NCBI GenBank assembly: GCA_048886185.1 | Contig: JBHLKY010000009.1 | Location: 90,001-122,000 of the forward strand | Length of the DNA stretch: 32,000 bases | Origin: Candidatus Hermodarchaeota archaeon | GTDB taxonomy: Archaea > Asgardarchaeota > Heimdallarchaeia > Hodarchaeales > Hodarchaeaceae | Direction: 5' to 3' | In this document: piece by piece, positions 9,134-17,872 of the stretch | How the letters are laid out: the number at the start of each line of letters is the position of its first letter | Numbering within the stretch: position 1 is the stretch's first letter | The notes under the pieces: generated by a model | What the model was told of the DNA's origin: nothing | Databases searched by the model: none | The model's input: the letters and a program-made list of their open reading frames with translations, nothing else | Made by a program: the position numbers and the translations under genes

Positions 9134-10717
9134 TCAAGAATTCTGTTCTTCATTATAACGTTCTCGGAGTATCCGATGAATGATTTTTCCTGATCCTGTT
9201 CTAGGTATATCGTCGTAATCAATGAATATAATTCTCTTAGGGACTTTAAATCTTGGTAGTTTATCTCGACAGTATTCTCTGATTTCATTTGCTAACCTAT
9301 CTGATGGTTCGCTACCCAAGGTTAAAGCACAGATTGCCGTGACTGCTTCACCCCATTTAGGATGTAATAATCCCACTACAGCGCACTCTAAAACATCTTT
9401 GTGGCTCGTGATGATCTTTTCGACTTCTGATGGGAATACATGTTCACCTCCTGTGATGATCATATTCGCCTTTCTGTCAACCAAGTAGTAATAGCTGTCC
9501 TCATCTTGTCTCGCCATGTCACCAGCGCTAAAGAAGTCACCATCCATACTCGCTGCTGTTTTCTCTGCCAGTTTGTAATAATGAGTCATTTGCATAGGAC
9601 TACGAGAGAATAGTTCACCTATTTCACCAATTGGTACTGGTTTCCTAGTATCAGGATCAAGTATTCGAAGTTGATCTGAACCAATACATTCTTGACCAAT
9701 GGATCCAACTTTCTTGAACTGATCTTCAGGTCTTAGAATAGTTACCAGACCAGCTTCAGTTGAACCATATGCTTCATAAAGCCGAACTCCCTTGAACAAT
9801 TTCATCACACCATATTTCATCTCTTTAGTGGCTGGCGCAGAGGAGGTGAGGAGAGTCTTTACTGAGCTGAGATCATATTTTTCTTTAATTTCATCTGGAA
9901 GGCTTAGAATTAGGTTATAATGAGTTGGAATTAAGGAAGTAAAGGTTATTTTCTCATGATCGAAGATCTGAAGAACCTCTTCTGGATTAAAACCATATTC
10001 CAGATGAATATAGACAGGAGCACCGATGTAAGTGAAAACGAAAGAGTAAAAAGTGCTGTTCACATGTGATAATGGCATAAGGATTAAGCCATAATCTTGG
10101 GGAGTGAAAGAAAATTCAGCTGCATTAATTAGAAAGAAAGAAATATATGAACGATGAGAACGAACCACCCCTTTGGGTCTACCTGTTGTTCCTGAAGTAT
10201 AAAGCAAAATCCATGGATCCTCTGGATCTACCTCAATTTTTGGATAATTTTCTTCCCCATCTTTGATAATATTTTCATAGTAACTCCAATTTTCTGCAAT
10301 TGGTATGTCATCTAGGCAAATATGATCAAGAGAGTCCAATCTGAAATCTACTACTAGATCCCAGTTTTTAATGGTAATCTCATAGTATCTAGACTCTACA
10401 ATAACCATTTTGCATTCAGCATTATTTACAATCCAGTAAAGATCTTTAGGAAGAAGACGAAAATTCAATGGAACAATAATAAATCCTGCTTTTGCAGCAG
10501 CTCCATATATTTCCATAAATTCAACTCTGTTATTCATAAGAACAGCAATTTTATCGCCTTTTCTTAGACCTCTTTTGAGTAAACCATTTGCAAGCTTATT
10601 TGTCCTTTCATCAAACTCTTTATTAGTTAGAGAATGATTTATATCTTTAAATGCAAGTTTATTGGGATATTTGAAAGCATTGATACGTATAATTTCACCT
10701 AAATGTAGCCAGCTCAA
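9134..10717 (-). CDS. AMP-forming acyl-CoA synthetase (long-chain fatty acid or aryl/CoA ligase family)
   Basis: YTSGTTGRPKG, YGSTEAG, GDMARQD, IITGGEHVFPSEVE, PRTGSGKI. The likely start is the TTG at 10717 (SD-like GAGG upstream), not the ORF-track start at 10837. Substrate unknown. Confidence 0.9.
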   Translation of the reverse strand: MSWLHLGEIIRINAFKYPNKLAFKDINHSLTNKEFDERTNKLANGLLKRGLRKGDKIAVLMNNRVEFMEIYGAAAKAGFIIVPLNFRLLPKDLYWIVNNAECKMVIVESRYYEITIKNWDLVVDFRLDSLDHICLDDIPIAENWSYYENIIKDGEENYPKIEVDPEDPWILLYTSGTTGRPKGVVRSHRSYISFFLINAAEFSFTPQDYGLILMPLSHVNSTFYSFVFTYIGAPVYIHLEYGFNPEEVLQIFDHEKITFTSLIPTHYNLILSLPDEIKEKYDLSSVKTLLTSSAPATKEMKYGVMKLFKGVRLYEAYGSTEAGLVTILRPEDQFKKVGSIGQECIGSDQLRILDPDTRKPVPIGEIGELFSRSPMQMTHYYKLAEKTAASMDGDFFSAGDMARQDEDSYYYLVDRKANMIITGGEHVFPSEVEKIITSHKDVLECAVVGLLHPKWGEAVTAICALTLGSEPSDRLANEIREYCRDKLPRFKVPKRIIFIDYDDIPRTGSGKIIHRILRERYNEEQNS

Positions 10718-10996
10718 CGTAAATCCAACCTCTTGAAATATAATTGTATTTAATGACCTTTTAACTGATTTGACGTCAATTTTGAATTGTTTGGGAAGTG
10801 AATTGGAATGAAATCGGAAGCTTTCTGATTTTAACAAAAGAAAAAATGTTGAATTAAGTATTTTATTAATCGATATAAAATTCTTAAAGACTGCTTTTTG
10901 GGCACTAATATTAATTCCCTTTGTAATCTTTTCAATTGTTACTTTATAGTTTTTAAATAACTAAACAATGATTTTCTCTCCTTAAAATATATATTA

Positions 10997-11008
10997 AATT
11001 AAGTATTT
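10997..11008 (+). promoter_or_regulatory. TATA-like element AATTAAGTATTT upstream of iorA (second exact copy at 10852-10863)
   Basis: Matches archaeal TTWAWW-type boxes. The same TTAAGTATT core occurs upstream of the galactokinase-like gene. Confidence 0.4.
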
Positions 11009-11042
11009 ATGCTCTTCAGAGACTTTTAATGCTTTTCTTCTC

Positions 11043-12968
11043 ATGGTTGAAGGCATAATGGCGAGAATTGAGGATATTTTTGAGAATGTGAGTGATAGAA
11101 CTCTGGTTTTGCTAGGAAATGAAGCTATAGCCCGAGGAATTATAGAAGCTGGTGTGGCTGGTGTCTTCACTTATCCTGGAACTCCCTCATCTGAAATCCC
11201 AAACACTCTATATGCAGCACAGCCCATATTAAAGGATATAGGATATGATCTATATCTTGAGTGGAGTGCAAACGAAGCTGTTGCTCTTGAAAGTGCCTAT
11301 GGTTTCTCATTACTGGGTCATCGGGTAATTTTTGTCTGTAAACATGTTGGATTAAATGTTGCTGCTGATCCTTTTATGACTCTTGTCAATGCAGGTGTTA
11401 TAGGTGGATTGGTTCTTATTGTAGCTGAAGATCCTCATATGCATTCCTCACAGAATGAGCAGGACAATCGTTGGTATACAAAGATCTCAAATGCTCCCAT
11501 GTTTGAACCAAGTGATGCTAGAGAAGCAAAAGCAATGTTAAAAGATGCATTTCGTGTTAGTGAAAAGTATCAAGTTCCTGTTATTTTAAGAACTGTAACT
11601 AGAATTTCGCACTCACGTACAGATGTACACCTCGAACCCATCACTTTTCCAGAGTTTCGTCAAGCTATCTCTCTCGAAATAGATCCAAGACGGTTTGTAT
11701 GTGTACCTAGTAATGCACGTCAAAATAAACAACGGATACTAGGGATGATTAACGACATTTCAAGTTATTTGGCCGATTCCCCTTGGAACCGAGCGGAAGA
11801 GGGAGATGAGGAAACATTTGCTTTCATTACATGCGGATCAGCATATAATTACTTAAAAGAAGTCTTGATTAAACTTAGAACAAGTTACCCAATATTAAAA
11901 ATAGGTCTCTCACATCCTTTCCCAGAGTATCAAGTTACTCAATTCCTAAAGAAATATTCCTCTTCCAAAATCATAGTTGTTGAGGAGGCAGATGATGTTT
12001 TAGAGACTTTTGTAAAAAAACTAGCATTTGAGATTGGATTTGAAAATAAGATAATTGGAAGGAGAGAAGGAATCACTCCTTCTTATGGAGAACTAACAAT
12101 ACGTAAGGTTTGGAATGGTTTAACCAAAACTATGAATCTTGATTTATATCCTACAGAGATCCCTCAAGATCGATCTGATTTGACATTTGCACGGCCTCCA
12201 GTTTTATGTCCTGGATGTCCACATCGAGCGACATTTTATGCACTGAATAAAGCTATCCCTAGAAGACACCGTATAATATCTACTGATATAGGTTGTTATA
12301 CTTTAGGTGTTGCTCCTCCACTTTCTGCTGGTAACGTGACCATCTGTATGGGATCTTCTTTAGGAATTGGTTCTGGACTGGCCCATAGTCCAGGTTTAAA
12401 AGATCCAGTTGTATCAATTATTGGTGACTCAACTTTTTGGCATACTGGATTACCTGGCCTTGTAAACGCTGTTTACAATAAAAGCAATCTTTTATTGTTG
12501 GTTGTGGACAATTCAGCTACAGCTATGACTGGTTTTCAACCAAATCCTTCATCTTTTACTTCCCATTCTTCTGTTGAACCCCTATCCATTGAGGAAGCGG
12601 TTCGAGGCATTGGTGTTAAACATGTAGTAACAATTGATGCTTACAACCCCAAAGTATCAATTGAAGTTATTAAAGAAGCCATTAAGCACGAAGGAGTCTC
12701 AGTAATCGTATCCAAGGGAGAATGTGTAATTCAATCCACGCGGAGGGAGGGATTACCAAAAACCAGTTATTATATAGAAGCAGATCGTTGTGTTGGCTGC
12801 TATGCATGTGTTAACATGATTGCATGTCCAGCTATCATATGGTCAGATCGTATAACAACTGAAGAAGGTAAACCCATTCCAATGATCGATCAATCTTTAT
12901 GCACTCGTTGTGGGTTATGTGCTTCAGTATGCCCTTATGGTGTGATAGTAGAAAAGTCTGAGATTTAA
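11043..12968 (+). CDS. iorA: Indolepyruvate (arylpyruvate):ferredoxin oxidoreductase alpha subunit
   Basis: LLGNEAIARG, YPGTPSSEI, KHVGLNVAAD, SSQNEQD, LCPGCPHR, DIGCYTLG, TPP-binding GDSTFWHTG, C-terminal 2x[4Fe-4S] (CVGCYAC...CP; CTRCGLCASVCP). Alternative start ATG at 11058. Confidence 0.95.
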   Translation: MVEGIMARIEDIFENVSDRTLVLLGNEAIARGIIEAGVAGVFTYPGTPSSEIPNTLYAAQPILKDIGYDLYLEWSANEAVALESAYGFSLLGHRVIFVCKHVGLNVAADPFMTLVNAGVIGGLVLIVAEDPHMHSSQNEQDNRWYTKISNAPMFEPSDAREAKAMLKDAFRVSEKYQVPVILRTVTRISHSRTDVHLEPITFPEFRQAISLEIDPRRFVCVPSNARQNKQRILGMINDISSYLADSPWNRAEEGDEETFAFITCGSAYNYLKEVLIKLRTSYPILKIGLSHPFPEYQVTQFLKKYSSSKIIVVEEADDVLETFVKKLAFEIGFENKIIGRREGITPSYGELTIRKVWNGLTKTMNLDLYPTEIPQDRSDLTFARPPVLCPGCPHRATFYALNKAIPRRHRIISTDIGCYTLGVAPPLSAGNVTICMGSSLGIGSGLAHSPGLKDPVVSIIGDSTFWHTGLPGLVNAVYNKSNLLLLVVDNSATAMTGFQPNPSSFTSHSSVEPLSIEEAVRGIGVKHVVTIDAYNPKVSIEVIKEAIKHEGVSVIVSKGECVIQSTRREGLPKTSYYIEADRCVGCYACVNMIACPAIIWSDRITTEEGKPIPMIDQSLCTRCGLCASVCPYGVIVEKSEI

Positions 12969-12994
12969 TACAAATGATCTGAAAGGAGTTTAAA

Positions 12995-13456
12995 ATGAAA
13001 CAATTAAATCCGAAATGGTGTGAATGGATTCTTCCTATAATAAACTCGAATCCATTTTTCTCTTTTTTTGGTATCAAGCTTAACGAATTTAGATATGGAG
13101 AGTCGTTCTTAGAACTTGATATAAAGGAAAATCACCTCCAATTACATGGGGTTATTCATGGTGGTGTTTCTGCTGCATTGATTGATGCTGCAGGAACTTT
13201 AGCTGTAGTGACTCAGATAGAGGGACTTAATAGTGCTACCACAATCGATATGAAGGTAAATTATTTATCAAGTGCCAAAGAAGGTAAAATTCTAGCATAT
13301 GGCCATTGTATTAAGCTTGGGAACACGATTGGTGTATCAGAAGCAACAATCAGGGATGAAGAAGAGAAAATCATCGCTCATGGATTAGTAACAGTGATGA
13401 TAAGGCCTCCTATTGATTTCCCAGGGGTGGATCAAATACCTCCAAAATTTTTGTGA
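12995..13456 (+). CDS. PaaI-family hotdog-fold acyl-CoA thioesterase
   Basis: HLQLHGVIHGGVSAALIDAAG motif, TIDMKVNYL, AAAGGAG SD upstream. Confidence 0.88.
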   Translation: MKQLNPKWCEWILPIINSNPFFSFFGIKLNEFRYGESFLELDIKENHLQLHGVIHGGVSAALIDAAGTLAVVTQIEGLNSATTIDMKVNYLSSAKEGKILAYGHCIKLGNTIGVSEATIRDEEEKIIAHGLVTVMIRPPIDFPGVDQIPPKFL

Positions 13457-13487
13457 TTTAGATGCTATTGAAGTTATAGGTGATAAT

Positions 13488-14084
13488 ATGGAATATCAAA
13501 TTTTCCTTGCTGGCGTGGGAGGACAGGGAATACTTTCTGTAACTGATATAATATGTAAATCTGCTGTTGATATGGGTTTTAGGGTTCATGGTTCTGAAAC
13601 ACATGGTATGTCTCAGCGAGGTGGGAGTGTTTTCTCAAATGTTCGTTTTGGGGATGTATTTTCACCACTGATCATGGAACGTGATTCTGATGTCCTTCTT
13701 GCTTTTGAACCAACAGAAGCTTTACGATATGCTCAATTTGTAAAACCAAAAGGGATTTGTCTTGTAAATACACATCCCATTCCTTCTCCGAGTTTTACAT
13801 TAACTAAAAGTAATTATCCTGAAATTGAATCCATTATAACAGCTTTAAAGGCTTATAGTCCTCACATTGTTCCAATTAATGCTACAAAACTAGCAACTGA
13901 TTTAGGAATGGCAATTGTTCAAAATATTGTTATGTTAGGAGCTCTATCAGCAGTAGAAGGGCTCCCTCTTTCAAAAAGTTCTCTCTTAGTGGCATTAAAA
14001 AAGCAATTTAAGGCTAAACATTTTGATATCAACCTTGAGGCATTTCAGGCAGGGCATCAAGCCTATGTGGATAGCCTTTGTTGA
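13488..14084 (+). CDS. iorB: Indolepyruvate:ferredoxin oxidoreductase beta subunit
   Basis: AGVGGQGIL, SETHGMSQRGGSV, FEPTEALR, NIVMLGAL. True start ATG 13488 with AGGTGA SD; the ORF-track start 13413 overlaps the thioesterase gene. Confidence 0.93.
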   Translation: MEYQIFLAGVGGQGILSVTDIICKSAVDMGFRVHGSETHGMSQRGGSVFSNVRFGDVFSPLIMERDSDVLLAFEPTEALRYAQFVKPKGICLVNTHPIPSPSFTLTKSNYPEIESIITALKAYSPHIVPINATKLATDLGMAIVQNIVMLGALSAVEGLPLSKSSLLVALKKQFKAKHFDINLEAFQAGHQAYVDSLC

Positions 14085-14131
14085 CAAGTTATATTCCCGA
14101 ATGTTTTTCTCTTGATGAATAAAATGCTGCT

Positions 14132-15712
14132 ATGATTTGTGTTACACCCTCAGAAGGGTTTTATGAGTTGATTAAGAATATAATAGGACGAAATCTTCCT
14201 GAAAGGCTTTTTGGTATAGAAATTATTCCTTATCAGGGTATTCATGCCTCAAGAACAAAAGGAAGGAGCCGAATTGGTACGAAATATCAACCATATGTTG
14301 TCACTAGAGACACAAAACGATTCTATGATGATGTTGACCACCTTTTAGGGTATCATTTTCTTGAGCTATTTGACGGTATGACAATCTCTTTTCATCATAT
14401 CCTGAGAAATGGAGATGGTGTCTTATTACCTATCATTGATTCTTTCGCGTCCTATGGAATTAGAAATATCACATTAGCTTCTACAGCTTTATTCCCTGTT
14501 CATTCACCTCTTTTGGAGCACATAGAGACTGGTGTTATCGGACGAATTGAAGGTAGTATGAATGGTCCAATTGGTCAGGCTATATCTAGGGGAGATGTGA
14601 ATATTCCCACTATTCTTAGATCACATGGGGGCCGCGCGCGAGCAGTTCAAGAAGGGAGTTTACATATTGATGTAGCTTTCATTGCTGCTTCTGCAGCTGA
14701 TTTTCTCGGAAATTTGACTGGTATTGAAGGGAGAAATGCTTTTGGTAGTCTTGGATATCCCCTTGAAACAGATTCACTCTACGCAGATGTAGTCATAGGA
14801 GTTACTGACACTATTCTTGATTATCCCCTAGAAAATGTAAGTATCCCTTCTAGTCGGGTTGATGCGATTCTTGAAGTTGATTCAATTGGTGATCCTTCAA
14901 AAATAGCATCAGGAAGTTTGAATAGAAAATTATCGCCCGATCGGCTTGAAATTGCTGAAAATGCAGTTCAAGTGATGTATCATTCAGGATTTCTACAAGC
15001 TGGATTTAATTGGCAGGCTGGCGCAGGGGGCATGTCCTTGGCAACCACTAAATATTTGAAAGATCTGATGGTTGATAAAAATCTAGAAGGTAGTTATATC
15101 TTTGGTGGAATTGCAAAGAATTCTGTCGAATTATTGGAAGCAGGCCTTTTCAGGATAATTTATGATGCCCAATCATTCGATTCTGAAGCAATTGACTCTT
15201 TAAAAAATAACTCTAATCATGTTGAAGTTTCAATAGATCATGCTTATAATCCTTTCAATAAAGGTTGTATTGCCAACAATACTGATTTCTCTGCTTTAGG
15301 GGCCACTGAAGTTGATGTTAATTTTAATATCAATGTCAATACTTTTAGTGATGGTACTCTAAACTCTGGAATAGGTGGACATCAGGATGCAGCTCGCGCG
15401 AAAATTAGTATGATTCTATTGCCATTGGTACGCAAAGTACCTTGTATCATTGATAATGTTGTCACAGTTTCTAGTCCAGGGGATTGTATTGATGTTATTG
15501 TGACAGATGGTGGAATAGCCATCAATCCTAAACGAGTAAAGTTGAAAAAACGTTTGGAAAAAGCTGGATTAAATATTCAATCCATAGATGATCTAAAAGA
15601 AGAAGCCATAAACTTGGCAGATCCAATAAAAGCCAATCTGACCGATAAAATTACTACATTAGTGGAATATCGGGATGGTACTCATTTGGATGTTATTTAT
15701 CAAATAGAATAG
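14132..15712 (+). CDS. citF: Citrate lyase alpha subunit / citrate CoA-transferase
   Basis: GMTISFHHILRNGD, LRSHGGRARA, HIDVAFIAA, GSLGY, QAGAGG, ATEVDVNFNINV, GIGGHQDAA, SPGDCIDVIVTDGGIAINP, VEYRDGT. The start may be the TTG at 14168. Confidence 0.88.
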   Translation: MICVTPSEGFYELIKNIIGRNLPERLFGIEIIPYQGIHASRTKGRSRIGTKYQPYVVTRDTKRFYDDVDHLLGYHFLELFDGMTISFHHILRNGDGVLLPIIDSFASYGIRNITLASTALFPVHSPLLEHIETGVIGRIEGSMNGPIGQAISRGDVNIPTILRSHGGRARAVQEGSLHIDVAFIAASAADFLGNLTGIEGRNAFGSLGYPLETDSLYADVVIGVTDTILDYPLENVSIPSSRVDAILEVDSIGDPSKIASGSLNRKLSPDRLEIAENAVQVMYHSGFLQAGFNWQAGAGGMSLATTKYLKDLMVDKNLEGSYIFGGIAKNSVELLEAGLFRIIYDAQSFDSEAIDSLKNNSNHVEVSIDHAYNPFNKGCIANNTDFSALGATEVDVNFNINVNTFSDGTLNSGIGGHQDAARAKISMILLPLVRKVPCIIDNVVTVSSPGDCIDVIVTDGGIAINPKRVKLKKRLEKAGLNIQSIDDLKEEAINLADPIKANLTDKITTLVEYRDGTHLDVIYQIE

Positions 15713-15730
15713 AATTTGATCTTCGTTTCC

Positions 15731-17872
15731 TCAAGCAAGTAGTTTTCTAGGTTTCTCGCCTTTGTATAATGCTTCTGAAAAATTGATTCTACGCATTTGT
15801 GGTTGAGATGTGATCTCCTCAAAATAATGAGCAGATAATCCTGCAATCCGACCATATATGAACACTGCTTTTGCAAGATTCGGATTAAGTCCCATGTCTG
15901 CAATTATGGCACCAATAACCCCATCAACGTTGATGGGAAGATCTATACCGCGTACTCTTTTAAAAATATCCGTAATGATTTTTGAAATCTCAATACACTC
16001 ACCTGCTATTCCCGCATGTTTTGCTTTAATCCATAAGACGTCCCGACGAGGATCTCGTGTGTGAAATCGGTGTCCTAGGCCTTGAATTCTTTTTCCTTCC
16101 TTCATATATTGACTGATATTTTCTTGGACTGCTTCGGAAAGATCTATACTCTTTTCTTTAGCAAGTGCTACACATTTCAGAAAAAATTGTGCGGCTTTTG
16201 CTCCAGCTCCTCCATGAACATCCGTTATCGCACTAACTCCTTGGGCGACAGCTACTTCATAAGCAGCTCGTACTGTAGCAGCAATAATCGTTGCTTGAGC
16301 TGAGGGTGGGGTTACTCCATGATCTACACTAGCTACTATCATTGCTTCAAGTACACCAGCTTTTTTCTCATCTATAACAGTTTCTCCTGTGAGAATCTGA
16401 TATATAATATGAGAGAAAGGTCGTTTTATGTCAATATTTTCTAGTATGTGTAAATTTCCAAATATTGAAGCCAGATATCCTGCTACACGACCTAAACAAA
16501 ACATCAACTGATTAGGAGGGTTCTTACTTTCTTGAATGCAATAATTTGTCAATATTTCATCCTGTAACAAATATTTTGCTATTGTTTTTGAAATATCTTC
16601 ATTTTCAATAATATTCACTTTGGGAACAGGTAATTTAGTAGCTTTTAGAGAAATCTGTTCCAATTCATTGGTCTGTTCCAATTTAGGAAAATTTCCTTTT
16701 ACAAGTAAATAAGCTGTTTCAATGAAAGTTTTCTTCTTAATTATGTCTTTAAGAGGGTACCCAGCTATTATTAAGTTATTTGGCTGAACTTTGGTAATAA
16801 GAGTTGCCCATCCTGCTTTTTCAGGCGGTTCTTCCCATGTTTTTATCATCTTTTCTTGATATCTTGTGACACTGAAATATTTCCAACCTTGGAGAATTTC
16901 CTTGACAGTTTCGACTAATTCATACTGACTATTGACAACAGTTACACCTGCTTTCTCTAAAGCTTCTTTTTTAGTTTTAAAGGTACCATAATCTTGTCCA
17001 GGTGTGATAATGGCCCCAGCATGCCCCATTGTTTTTCCTGAAGGTGCATTTGCACCAGAAATTAATGCGACGATCGGTATTGGATATTTCTTTTTATTAG
17101 CAATGATATCATTTGCAAGAAGTTCTTCTTGACTACCCCCAATTTCACCTGCTACCACAATGAGGTCTGTGTTTGGACATTGTTGAATGAGGGGAACGAT
17201 GTCAATAAATCTTGTTCCTATTGCTCCATCTCCTCCTATCCCTAAGACAGCGTTTTGTGCTATACCAGCACTCGCTAATGCGTCCGATAGATGGTAGAGA
17301 ATTGCTCCACTCCTTGAAATTATTGATACTCCACGTGGTCCAAATTCCCCCTCAGTTTTTTCTTCTGGATAAAAAATATCAGGAAGCATACCAATTTTTA
17401 TTCCCTCTGGTGGAAAAATAATCCCAGGTGTATTTCCACCAAAAAGTAGAGTATTGTGTTTTCTCGCTGCGACAATTATATCACGAACATCTTTTAGAGG
17501 GATACCTTCGGTTATTAAGACAATAATCGGGATACCTGACTCAATTACTTCAATCGCTACATCTCTTACTCCTGAATAATGTCTCCAGATACTTGAAACA
17601 GCAATATTTGGATGCTCTTTGAGACATTCTTTAACTCTGTCATAAACAGGAATAACTTCGTGAATTCGAGTGCCTCCTCTTCCAACAGAAATACCAGCTG
17701 TTACATTAGTGCCAAAATCTTTCATTAACCCAGCATGCTTTATACCTTGGCTTCCAAGACCAATAATTACAGTTTCAATCTTCTTAGTTTTTTGAATGTA
17801 GCTAGCTAATTCAGGACGGATTTGTTTGATGAGAAAATATAATACGCCTTGATCTACAGGAATCTTTTTCAT
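15731..17872 (-). CDS. ATP-citrate-lyase-alpha-like fusion: SucD-like CoA-binding/phospho-His domain plus citryl-CoA lyase/citrate synthase-fold domain
   Basis: N-half: ITEGIP, GGNTPG, SRSG, GIGGD, GEIGG, MGHAGA (phospho-His). C-half: WATLITKV, VDHGVTPPS, HGGAG, GLGHRFHTRDPR, PINVDG, GRIAGLSAH. Confidence 0.85.
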   Translation of the reverse strand: MKKIPVDQGVLYFLIKQIRPELASYIQKTKKIETVIIGLGSQGIKHAGLMKDFGTNVTAGISVGRGGTRIHEVIPVYDRVKECLKEHPNIAVSSIWRHYSGVRDVAIEVIESGIPIIVLITEGIPLKDVRDIIVAARKHNTLLFGGNTPGIIFPPEGIKIGMLPDIFYPEEKTEGEFGPRGVSIISRSGAILYHLSDALASAGIAQNAVLGIGGDGAIGTRFIDIVPLIQQCPNTDLIVVAGEIGGSQEELLANDIIANKKKYPIPIVALISGANAPSGKTMGHAGAIITPGQDYGTFKTKKEALEKAGVTVVNSQYELVETVKEILQGWKYFSVTRYQEKMIKTWEEPPEKAGWATLITKVQPNNLIIAGYPLKDIIKKKTFIETAYLLVKGNFPKLEQTNELEQISLKATKLPVPKVNIIENEDISKTIAKYLLQDEILTNYCIQESKNPPNQLMFCLGRVAGYLASIFGNLHILENIDIKRPFSHIIYQILTGETVIDEKKAGVLEAMIVASVDHGVTPPSAQATIIAATVRAAYEVAVAQGVSAITDVHGGAGAKAAQFFLKCVALAKEKSIDLSEAVQENISQYMKEGKRIQGLGHRFHTRDPRRDVLWIKAKHAGIAGECIEISKIITDIFKRVRGIDLPINVDGVIGAIIADMGLNPNLAKAVFIYGRIAGLSAHYFEEITSQPQMRRINFSEALYKGEKPRKLLA

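Noticed and set aside
8484-9158. 224-aa plus-strand ORF
   Set aside because: Antisense shadow of the well-supported hbd gene; no recognisable motifs.
10718-10837. N-terminal extension of the CoA ligase in the ORF track
   Set aside because: Non-homologous-looking sequence; an SD-preceded TTG at 10717 gives a typical 527-aa enzyme.
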